From the NCBI GenBank assembly GCA_052055015.1, contig JBQJIT010000013.1: DNA of 64,000 bases; one strand, 5' to 3'. The translations under genes were made by a program, and so were the position numbers. The stretch comes from Malassezia furfur (lineage: Eukaryota). The notes beneath the pieces were generated by a model. It was given only the letters and a program-made list of their open reading frames with translations. It was not told where the DNA came from and made no database searches. Shown here piece by piece: positions 11,001 through 19,266 of this stretch (the first letter of the stretch is position 1; each line of letters begins with the position of its first letter).

Positions 11001-14000
11001 ACGCCGATCGCCTGCGCCATCTGCTCGACCCCGTGCAGTTCCGCGAGACGCTTGCGCAGCTTGACCTGCGCGCCGGCGCCGAGATGTTTGCGTCGCACCG
11101 TGACGAGCTGATGCCGATCGTTCTTCGCCTGCTGTACGGCCTGATGGTGTCGCGCCGCGCGACGCGCACCTCTGGCGCAGGGCAGCACGCGCGGCGCACG
11201 GCGATCCTCGATGCGCTGTACGAGTGCAGCGCCGAGGAATTGGGCCTGCTGGTCGACCTGATGTTGCACGCGTTCCCGGATCATGGCGCGGTGCGCGGCG
11301 GGACGTTTTGCATGGGCGACGCGCCCCACGCCACGCCGCGGCAGCAGCTGGGTGTGCTGACGTTCCTCGGCGACGTGCTGCGCCGTCTAGGCACGCCGCT
11401 CGAGCGCGAGATGCCGCGCATCGTCGAGACGATCGTGACGCTCGCGGCGCATGCGGCACACGACGCCGAAAAGAGCATTTATCGGCTGGGCCTGCGCCGT
11501 CTCGCGGATGCGGTCAAGTATGCACAGGCGCCCGAGTGGGGTCCATACGCCGCCACGATTCTCACGCGGCTCGTGCACCCTCGCCTGGCGACGCTCGCAC
11601 AGGACAGCGTGCAGTCGCCCTCGGCGCTGCTCGACCTCGTGCAGACGTGGGCGCAGCGCGGAGACACGATGCGCCTTTTCTTTACGGACGCCAGTGTGCT
11701 GCCGCAGGTGTATGCGTGCCTGAGCAGCGCGAGCATCAAGCCGGCGGTGGCACACACGGTGCTGGACATTGCCGAGCACACGCTCGCCGAGGCGTCAATC
11801 GTGCGCACGAGCGTCGCGTCGCTGCTGGACGACCTGTCGGCGCTTGTGCAGCGCACGATCCGCAGCGAGTTTACCTATACCCTCGGCGGCCACGCGCGCG
11901 ACGAGCTGCTCCGCCGCGAGATGGCGCTTCTTACGTCGCTCGGCGCGTACATGGAGCACGGCGAGGACGCGGCAGCGGTGCTGGCGCTGCTTGTGCCGCT
12001 CATGCGGCACAGTGCGCGCGCTGTGCCGGAACGCACCAAGCTCGAGATGCTGCGCACCTTTGAGACGCTGCTCCCGCTTGCGCCGCTCGACGGCGACGCC
12101 TTTGCGGATCTGTACGCCCTGTTCTGCCGCCTCGGCGCCGAGCTGCGCTCGCAAAACGCCCGCGCGCAGTACGCCGCGGCGTTTGCGCAGCTCGTGCCGG
12201 CAAACCCGTCGTTGGCGCGGGCGGCGGACTGGGTGCGTGGCCTGAATGCGTACACGCACCGAGCGATTGGCGAAATCGACTTTGACGCGCGTCTCGCGGC
12301 CGCGGATGCGATCCTCGCGCCCGACACCCAGGTGACGGTTGACGAGTGGCATGCGCTGCTGTACAATGCGCTGTTCTTTGTGACCGACACCGAGGAGCTC
12401 GCGATGCGTACGACGGGCGCCTCGATTCTGCAGCGCTTCGTGCGCGAGGCGGTGCCTGACGGTGTGCCGCTGGTGTACAAGGTGCTCCTTCCTGGCCTGC
12501 GCCGCCGGCTGCATGCACGCGCCGAGCCGGTGCGCAAAGAGGTATTTGCGCTGCTCGGCGAGGCGGTCACGCGTTTGGCGCCGATGGTGCCACCACTGCA
12601 GGAGCTGCAGTGCCTGCTGGTGGGCGGCGACGAGGAGGCCAGCGTGTTTGCGAACCTGTACCATATCCAGGCGCACCGCCGCGTGCGTGCGCTGCACCGC
12701 CTTGCCGAGTTTGCCGAGGCGGGCGCCCTGCGCTCCAAGACGCTCTCGGAGCTGTTTGTGCCGCTCGTGTGGGCCTTTTTGCAGCCGAACGCGAGCGGCG
12801 GGTACGACATGAACATGGTCAACGAGGCGCTCGGCACGATCAAGCGTATCTGTGCGCAGCTGCAGTGGAGTCACTACTACCACTGGCTCGCACGCTTCCT
12901 GCGTGAGGTCAAGGAGCAAACCAAGAAGGAGGAGGCGTCGGCCGCCGAACGTCTGCATGTCCGCGGCACGGTCGGCGTGCTCGAGGCGTTCCACTTTGCG
13001 ATGGACGCCGAGGCGATGGAGGAAGAGAAGGGCGACGATGCGCCCGACGAGGACGGCGATGCCGAGGCGGATGACGAGGACGGCGAGGGCGACGCCGACG
13101 CCGACGCGGCGGCGGACCTCACGGCCGCACCCGCACGCATGCGCCGCGTCGTCTCTCCCGCCGCGATCGCCCAGGTCGTCACGGAGCGTGTCCTGCCGCA
13201 GCTGCACAGTGCGCTCGACACGCGCGATGAGGACCGCCTGCCGCTGCGTCTGCCGCTGCTCGTGGGTGCCGCGCGCGTCGCGCAGCACCTGCCCGACGAG
13301 CGCCGGCGCACCGAGCTGTTCAAGACGTTCTCGGGCGTGGCGATGGCGCTGCGGAGCAAGCTGCAGTCGACGCGCGACACGACGCGCGACATTGCGCTGC
13401 AGCTCGTGCGCGCGATCGGCGCCGCGTACTTTGCACCGCTCGTGCACGAGCTGCGACGCACTCTGACGCGCGGCCCGCAGCGTGCCGTGTGTGCGTTTAG
13501 TGTGCACAGTCTGCTCGTGGCGCTCAGCACCAAGACGCCGACGCTCCCGCCGCTCCTGACGCTCGTCGACGACGGCGTGCACGACGTGGTCGCTGCCGCC
13601 GTCGAGGACATCTTTGGCGAGACCGGCGAGGACCGCGAGGCGATCGAGAACAAGACCAAGGTGCGCGAGATGCGCCAGAGCAAGAGCCTGGATACCCTCG
13701 AGCAGCTCGCGCGGCTCGCGGCGCCGACGCGGCTTAACGAACTGCTCCTCCCGCTGCGCGACGTGCTCAGCGGCACGTCGGCGCCCAAGACGCTGCGCAC
13801 CACCGAAGAGTGCCTGCGCCGTGTTGCCTCGGGCGTCAACGCGAACGAGCACCTCGACGCCGGGGCGCTACTTGTGCTGTGCCACACGCTGATTGCGCGG
13901 GGTGTAAGTGCGCTGGGCAGCGCGCCACGCGCGACCAAGCGGCGCAAGGACAAACACGAGGTGCAGTCGTCGCGCAAGGACGCCGAGCACGTCGACCACG

Positions 14001-16030
14001 ACCACCTCGCGCAGAACGCGCACCTGTTCGTCGATTTTGGCCTCGATATGCTCACCACGGCGCTGCGCCGCTCGCGCTTCGATGTGCACGACGAGGCGAC
14101 CGTCGCCAAGCTCATGCCGCTGCTCCCGGCGGTCGGCGAGACGCTCTATGCGCGGCACGCGGCGGTGGTCGAGCGCGGCCTGCGCGCCGCAGCGGCGCTC
14201 AGCCGCGTGCCGCTGCCGAACCTGACCAAGGCACTGCCCGTGATTCAGCGCCAGATCCTAGCCATCCTGCGGCACACGGGCGGTCTGCACTCGGCGGTCG
14301 CCCAGGCGGCGGTGCGTGCGCTGGCGGTGATGCTGCGCGACTGCAAGGCGGTCGCGCCGCAGGAGCAGCAGCTCGCGGAGTTGCTGCGCCTCGTGGCGCC
14401 GGACGTCGACGACCCCGACGTGGGCGCCGTTGTGTTTGCGCTGCTGCGCGCCGTGGTGTCGCGTGCGTTTGTGGTGCCGGAGATCTACGACGTGATGGAC
14501 CGCATCGCCGAGCTGCTCGTCACGAGCCACGACGCACAGGTGCGCGAGGTGTGCCGTGCGCTCTACCTCCAGTTCCTGCTCGACTATCCGCAGGGCAAGG
14601 GGCGCCTCGAGAGCCAGCTGCAGTTCCTTGCGAAGAACCTCGCATACGAGACCGAGAGTGGGCGCCGCAGTGTGCTCGAGCTGCTCGGCGCCGTGCTTGC
14701 CAAGTTCAACGCAGAGGTCGTCAACGCGCACGCCAAACTCTTCTTTGTGGCGCTCGTCATGCAGCTGTGCAACGACGAGTCGGTCGCGTGCAAGCAGCAG
14801 GCGGCCCACGTGCTCGGCATCCTGCTCGCTGCGCTCGACGACCGCCGCTTTGCACAGGTCATGGGGATGACGCAGAAATGGGCCAACGCGCCGCACGCCT
14901 CAGCACAGGCCATGCAGCTCGTCGCCGTGGCGCTGCGCGTCTACGACCTGGCGCTCGCGCGTCCGGACGGTTTCCGCGTCGCGACCGACGCCATGCCCGT
15001 CGTCGCCCGTGCGATCGCCGATGGCGCGCGCGACGCGGAGGCGACAGATGCCGACGAGGATGCCTGGCGCATCACGTACCAGGCGCTGCAGACGCTGCAG
15101 ACGCTGCTCAATGTCGATGCGCCGCGTGCGCTCGCGATGCTGCCCGCGGCGACGGCCGACGAGGTGCTCACCCTACTGACCTATCCGCATGCATGGGTCC
15201 GCATCGCCGCGAGCCGTGTGGTCGGTGCCCTGTTTGCGGCGTCGTTCCCGATGGAGCACGCAATGCATGTCCGCGCCGCCAAGCAGCTCGTGACCCAGCT
15301 GCACGGCGCGACGCTCGACGATGCGCTCACGCTGCAGGTCGTGCGCAATCTCGTGCACCTCGGCCGGCTCTTTGCCGCCCGCGGCGACCAGGTGGAGGCG
15401 GCACCGGCCGACGCCCCCGCCGAGACGCCGGCGGAGGCGGATGCCGCCAGCGACGCGTCCGAAGACGAGGGCACGCACGACGCCCAGCTCGCGGCCGTCG
15501 AGGCCGCGATCGATGCCGTCGGCGACCGTGCGCGCGGTGCCGAGGAAAACCCGCTCGCCTGGCTCTTTACCAAGCTATCGCACGCCGCGCGGCTCTCACC
15601 ACAGGCCGGCGCGCGCGAGCTGGCGCCGCAGCGCATCTCGGCGATCCTCAAGTGGTTTGCGGCGATCGCAACGCAGCTCGAGCCCGCACGGCTCGAGACG
15701 TTCCTCGTGCACATCCTCTCGCCGATCCAGCGCATCGTCGAGGACGACACGGCCGATGCAGCCCTGCGCACGCTCGCCGACGAGGTGCAGGAGCTCGTGC
15801 AGAGCCGCGTGTCTGCCTCGGCGTTCACACGCGCCTATGCGCACGTGCGCCAGTCGATCGCGACCAAGCGCCGCGAGCGGCGCAACGCGCGCCTCTTGCA
15901 GGGCGTCACGGACCCGGAGCGTGCTGCGTCGCGCCGGCACGCGCGTAACGTGCACAAGCACGAGAGCCGCAAACGCAAGAACGCCACGTTCCGCGAGGGG
16001 CGGCTGCGCAACGTGCGCAAGCGTACATAG
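8075..16030 (+). CDS. UTP20: U3 snoRNP HEAT-repeat protein Utp20 (about 2650 aa, intronless)
   Basis: RFKYVSFHERL N-terminus, HIQAHRRVRAL, QFLLDYPQGKGRL, LAYETESGRRSVLE, basic C-terminus. Confidence 0.95.
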   Translation: MSEAGRFKYVSFHERLRDVSIDLSRESESSWGASRLLVAGLDAPASAFAAATSAKNVAETTDPNSTAFGVALREWSELNLSLPFQHFYSGASSMSQSLVLLLHHRDELADLLDRFLTLDDQNWLAWDAFLDLIPRLAFDLGPEFLPIYPRLLTALLRASSLMDKNVTKNDEATAARLVERAFHSAAWLFRAVTTLMLRATDATLLLKSWAIIRRFLDPREGRTKAHTRRFATEAFAHLVRKVPVPKLKVLVAQMLHDADSPALENGVAATLAYSCSSAAHALHSRTPQLLEAFLLHGTFPDRTQRIGCEAFTALVHHTKAPQMQKALEVLLGWTSARVDALDDVAETRDALQVTLIWLTYAVGTRKGTRVDDAVKAPLFALLRRLDERLVWTRETASLLETYCTLLALVLPLGRVQDSAGAGTDILRRFAHRLTSNFDVTFPAFQGLVLAETHWSGFRAFVLPAALEATAALLGGPRAEQDAALLLLAELDEQGHLAHLQTAPPTSTVLRWMRQARSVIDARLSPIAEVDAGLLAAVRLAPLFSTHAQAHVEALVRAIDQRKHATDAEEIAVLGALLTGVIRIAEAGDVRGALAPLFDGQPSAVAQLMEVEARSVAAPLAALFVHGAAHGWALPRAAEALAVLRPRLLAADRVLVQSALRMLAEVHAAAPFNVFSHLLATEELPLDVANVTTRNVKLRQTQREAFKALRGNDTQLQALITYTVGTLKLNLKPIWKESRATLVALAARLPNEVWDVSFSELHATDAEIDAAYAAQASTAEAEAQADADADAEVGEDEEEADEEAEGADGALSIDSAEPFDAPLDPTLDDPQLRTRLASLRDALSLMHPTDAAQHAMEALLRAPEVRFEARHYADQLLQVYEGHIVLVEKHATPFVEHVLAQWPRLVADVGHAPLKHRLARLERLLGVFGEVRTMPSLHASNTLWTHFVALCAHPELPIQRGALTCLLAWKHAWLEHHADRLRHLLDPVQFRETLAQLDLRAGAEMFASHRDELMPIVLRLLYGLMVSRRATRTSGAGQHARRTAILDALYECSAEELGLLVDLMLHAFPDHGAVRGGTFCMGDAPHATPRQQLGVLTFLGDVLRRLGTPLEREMPRIVETIVTLAAHAAHDAEKSIYRLGLRRLADAVKYAQAPEWGPYAATILTRLVHPRLATLAQDSVQSPSALLDLVQTWAQRGDTMRLFFTDASVLPQVYACLSSASIKPAVAHTVLDIAEHTLAEASIVRTSVASLLDDLSALVQRTIRSEFTYTLGGHARDELLRREMALLTSLGAYMEHGEDAAAVLALLVPLMRHSARAVPERTKLEMLRTFETLLPLAPLDGDAFADLYALFCRLGAELRSQNARAQYAAAFAQLVPANPSLARAADWVRGLNAYTHRAIGEIDFDARLAAADAILAPDTQVTVDEWHALLYNALFFVTDTEELAMRTTGASILQRFVREAVPDGVPLVYKVLLPGLRRRLHARAEPVRKEVFALLGEAVTRLAPMVPPLQELQCLLVGGDEEASVFANLYHIQAHRRVRALHRLAEFAEAGALRSKTLSELFVPLVWAFLQPNASGGYDMNMVNEALGTIKRICAQLQWSHYYHWLARFLREVKEQTKKEEASAAERLHVRGTVGVLEAFHFAMDAEAMEEEKGDDAPDEDGDAEADDEDGEGDADADAAADLTAAPARMRRVVSPAAIAQVVTERVLPQLHSALDTRDEDRLPLRLPLLVGAARVAQHLPDERRRTELFKTFSGVAMALRSKLQSTRDTTRDIALQLVRAIGAAYFAPLVHELRRTLTRGPQRAVCAFSVHSLLVALSTKTPTLPPLLTLVDDGVHDVVAAAVEDIFGETGEDREAIENKTKVREMRQSKSLDTLEQLARLAAPTRLNELLLPLRDVLSGTSAPKTLRTTEECLRRVASGVNANEHLDAGALLVLCHTLIARGVSALGSAPRATKRRKDKHEVQSSRKDAEHVDHDHLAQNAHLFVDFGLDMLTTALRRSRFDVHDEATVAKLMPLLPAVGETLYARHAAVVERGLRAAAALSRVPLPNLTKALPVIQRQILAILRHTGGLHSAVAQAAVRALAVMLRDCKAVAPQEQQLAELLRLVAPDVDDPDVGAVVFALLRAVVSRAFVVPEIYDVMDRIAELLVTSHDAQVREVCRALYLQFLLDYPQGKGRLESQLQFLAKNLAYETESGRRSVLELLGAVLAKFNAEVVNAHAKLFFVALVMQLCNDESVACKQQAAHVLGILLAALDDRRFAQVMGMTQKWANAPHASAQAMQLVAVALRVYDLALARPDGFRVATDAMPVVARAIADGARDAEATDADEDAWRITYQALQTLQTLLNVDAPRALAMLPAATADEVLTLLTYPHAWVRIAASRVVGALFAASFPMEHAMHVRAAKQLVTQLHGATLDDALTLQVVRNLVHLGRLFAARGDQVEAAPADAPAETPAEADAASDASEDEGTHDAQLAAVEAAIDAVGDRARGAEENPLAWLFTKLSHAARLSPQAGARELAPQRISAILKWFAAIATQLEPARLETFLVHILSPIQRIVEDDTADAALRTLADEVQELVQSRVSASAFTRAYAHVRQSIATKRRERRNARLLQGVTDPERAASRRHARNVHKHESRKRKNATFREGRLRNVRKRT

Positions 16031-16039
16031 ACAGTAGCG

Positions 16040-16567
16040 CTACGACTGCGGCACACGCAGTTTGTCGGCAAACCCACCGAAGCGGTGCATCAGCTCGCGC
16101 ATGCGCGACACGTTGAGCGGCGGCTCACGGCGGTCCTTTTGGCGCTCGACCTTCACGAAAAAGTAGTCGCGCGCGTCGCTGCGCGCGCCCGGCGCAAGCG
16201 GCGACGAGGCATGCACCGCGTCGAGCACCGACGGTGCTGTTGCCCACGCACGCTCGGCATCCTCAAGCGAGGTGTAGGAGATCGCCTGTGGGTCCCGGAT
16301 GCGCGACGCATACGGGATACGGAGCATGCCGTTGCGCTCATGCGCGGCATGCAGCATGCGCGTGACACTTTCGGGGTCCTGGAACGTAATGGTGCCGTAG
16401 CCCAGCAAGCGGCTCATGCCGCGCGGAAAATGGCATTGTACTACCGGACCCCACTGTCGCGCACTGTATGCAGCCAGCGCGAGCGCATGCTGCGGCCCAA
16501 GCCGCCATTCAGCGCCGCTCGCAGTAGGGCCACGCAGGTGCACAAAGACGGTGCACCGTGGAGGCAT
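16040..16567 (-). CDS. Small RRM-like hypothetical protein
   Basis: 'QWGPVVQCHFPR...LGYGTITFQD' RNP1-like segment; fills the gap between UTP20 and the SEL1 gene. Confidence 0.55.
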   Translation of the reverse strand: MPPRCTVFVHLRGPTASGAEWRLGPQHALALAAYSARQWGPVVQCHFPRGMSRLLGYGTITFQDPESVTRMLHAAHERNGMLRIPYASRIRDPQAISYTSLEDAERAWATAPSVLDAVHASSPLAPGARSDARDYFFVKVERQKDRREPPLNVSRMRELMHRFGGFADKLRVPQS

Positions 16568-16597
16568 AGCGACACGTGGAGGTTGGCCCCTCCGACC

Positions 16598-19186
16598 ATG
16601 CACGTCCCTGGCTGGCGTGCAGCGTGCCTCCTGCTTGCGTGCGCCGCGGGCATGGCGCACGCGCTCGACACGCCAGGTGCAGAGACAGTGTACCCGTTCG
16701 ACACACAGTGCCTCGCGCTCACGGGCACGGCGTTGCACGAAGCGCTCCCAACGCTGTACACGTCGCACGAAGCGATCTACGACGAGGCCCTGCGGCTTCT
16801 GAACCTCACGCGCGGGGCCCCCGATGCGCGAATGTCTCTACAGCCAAACCAAATTGTCGTCACAGTGCCACGCGCGCCCTCCTGCGGCCTACTGTGCCGT
16901 GCACACGCGCAGGCACGCCGGTGGACGCGGCAGCAGCTGCAACGGACGCCAGGGGCTCCCTACGCCGGGCCACTCCGTGAGGCGATGGCAACGCTGCTGG
17001 AGCTCGTCTTGTCGTCTACCCCATCGCGTAGGCCGGCGCACACATACTATGATGCGACGCACGTCTGGCCGGATGAGCCCTTCGTGGGGAACAACGGTCC
17101 CTTGGACGCCGGCTCCGCTCACCCAAATATCAACGGGTGGGAGGCCGCTGTGTGGGGCCCATTTGTCGGAGGTATCGCACGTACGCATGTCCCCGCAATG
17201 CAGTCCATCCAGGATGCGCACGACGCAGCGCCTAAAACGCACGCGCTGCGTACGCTGGCTCGGCGATGGATGCTGCCGCCGTCGCCGACGGCACCGGCGT
17301 GCCATGCCGCATGCCAGGTGCGTGACTATGCAGTTCGCTTGCTCGAGTACCTTGCTTTCCTTGCGGATGCAGATACCCAGGCTGTTACGTCCGATGCTGC
17401 GTGGGTGCTCGGTGAGCACTCGCTGTGGGGTACGCATGGCGCATTGCCCAACGTCTCGCGCGCATTGCATGCGTACGAACGGCTCGCGGCGGCCGGGAAC
17501 GCATCGGCCCATTCACGGCTCGGATTCTTGTATGGCAGTTCTGTTGTACACTCCTTGCTTGGTGTGCCGGACGATCCGGCGCGTGCTATTGCACACTATG
17601 CCGCCGCGGCGAAGCAGGGCGAGCGGCACGCGACACTTGCCCTTGCCTACCGCTCGCTCCACGGCCTTGGCGTACGTGAAAGCTGTATGCGCGCTCTCCA
17701 TCTCTACGAGCACGAAGCGCGCAGCGCATATACCCAGTCGCAGGCGGTCCTCGGAGGGCGGACGCCGTCGTACACCAAGTGGCCCGTGCACCGACTCGAG
17801 CAGTGGGAGCAACGGACACGCCAGATGCCATCCTTGCTTCATCTCCCGCCCAAGCGCGGCATATTTTGGCGGTATCAGCGGCACCATATGGTGCCCAAAA
17901 TCCTCGAAGAGCAGCCGCGGCTTGTGTACGATGCCGAGTTCCGGTACGAACTTCTGCAGGTACTTGACGCCGACCCCTCGGAGGACCTGGAGCAGTACTT
18001 GTTTCTTGCTCTCGCGCTTTACCATGGCAGCATGATATCCCAGAGCGAGACCATCGCGGCTGTTCCGCGCGACTTTGCGCGAAGTGCTGAGCTTGCGCAG
18101 CGCGTCGTGCACCATTATTGGCCCGTCGACCTGGCGCAGGCACCGTCCAAAACGCTCAACGAGCACGACCTGGGCGTTGTTGCAGAGGCCGCAGAGCTGC
18201 TCGGAATGCAATACCTCCGTGGTGAGGGCGTTCCTAAGGACGAGCACCGTGCGGCGCTCTGGTTTGAGCGTTCCCGCCGCGCCTATGGCGAGTACGGTCT
18301 GGGTCTACTCGACTTGTACGGCCTGGCAGGGCATGTACGTGACCCGGACGCGGCACAAACCCACTTTGCAAACCGCTCGTTTATCACGTCACCGTACCCC
18401 GCTGCGCGTCTCGAGGTGGCCAAATACGGCCTGGCGCGCGGAAACCTCACTCTGGCACACGAAGGCCTCGACACACCGCTGCTCTCCTTTGGCGACCACT
18501 GGTACGCCGTATACCCGCGGGTGGAGCAGCCGTACATTGAAGGGCTTGTGGCCGCCGAAGATCTGCGCCGCGGAAATGCGACATGCAAGCTTGCCACGCG
18601 CAAACTCAAGGAGGCGGCGGAACGAGGCGACTGGGCCGACCCCATTTACCACCGCGGGACGGCAGCGTATGCCCGAGATGATATTCCCACAGCGCTGCTG
18701 GCGTTTGCGCTGGCCGCCGAGCAGGGCATGCCATCGGCCCAGGCAAATGTCGCCTACCTGCTAGAGTCACGTACGTGTTTTACTGACGCAGACAACCGCG
18801 TGATCTCGCGACGCACGCCCAATCCGCGCGGCCCACTCGCGCTCCGTTTCTGGGCGCAGAGCGCCGTCCAAAAAGGGGAGGGTGCCGTGCATATGTGTGA
18901 CGCACAGCTCGCATCTGGCAACCGGCAGGCAGCGATCGACTGCTTTGGGCACCTCGCGCGCCGCGGAGTGCGCATCGCCTACTGGCGGCTCGGCTGGCTC
19001 TACGAGACGGGTCCTACGCCGGACTATGCGCTCGCAAAACGAAACTACGATTTGGCCATGCAAGACGGACCACATACCGAGACCCTGTACGCGTTCTTGG
19101 TCTATGTGCGTCTAGGACTGCGTGTCCTCTGGCACGTCGCGCGGCACTGTGATCCGTGGCTGCTGTGGGCGTTTGCTACTGCGTAG
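16598..19186 (+). CDS. Divergent Hrd3/SEL1L-like TPR protein, paralogue 1
   Basis: Signal peptide MHVPGWRAACLLLACAAGMAHA; SEL1 repeats GNASAHSRLGFLY, AAEQGMPSAQANVAY, DYALAKRNYD. Confidence 0.82.
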   Translation: MHVPGWRAACLLLACAAGMAHALDTPGAETVYPFDTQCLALTGTALHEALPTLYTSHEAIYDEALRLLNLTRGAPDARMSLQPNQIVVTVPRAPSCGLLCRAHAQARRWTRQQLQRTPGAPYAGPLREAMATLLELVLSSTPSRRPAHTYYDATHVWPDEPFVGNNGPLDAGSAHPNINGWEAAVWGPFVGGIARTHVPAMQSIQDAHDAAPKTHALRTLARRWMLPPSPTAPACHAACQVRDYAVRLLEYLAFLADADTQAVTSDAAWVLGEHSLWGTHGALPNVSRALHAYERLAAAGNASAHSRLGFLYGSSVVHSLLGVPDDPARAIAHYAAAAKQGERHATLALAYRSLHGLGVRESCMRALHLYEHEARSAYTQSQAVLGGRTPSYTKWPVHRLEQWEQRTRQMPSLLHLPPKRGIFWRYQRHHMVPKILEEQPRLVYDAEFRYELLQVLDADPSEDLEQYLFLALALYHGSMISQSETIAAVPRDFARSAELAQRVVHHYWPVDLAQAPSKTLNEHDLGVVAEAAELLGMQYLRGEGVPKDEHRAALWFERSRRAYGEYGLGLLDLYGLAGHVRDPDAAQTHFANRSFITSPYPAARLEVAKYGLARGNLTLAHEGLDTPLLSFGDHWYAVYPRVEQPYIEGLVAAEDLRRGNATCKLATRKLKEAAERGDWADPIYHRGTAAYARDDIPTALLAFALAAEQGMPSAQANVAYLLESRTCFTDADNRVISRRTPNPRGPLALRFWAQSAVQKGEGAVHMCDAQLASGNRQAAIDCFGHLARRGVRIAYWRLGWLYETGPTPDYALAKRNYDLAMQDGPHTETLYAFLVYVRLGLRVLWHVARHCDPWLLWAFATA

Positions 19187-19266
19187 GGTCCGTACCAACA
19201 ACTTCTCCACCCGACTGTGCGTGGGGCCAAGTCCACGTGGTGCGCACGGCCGGTCCTTCTGTCGTC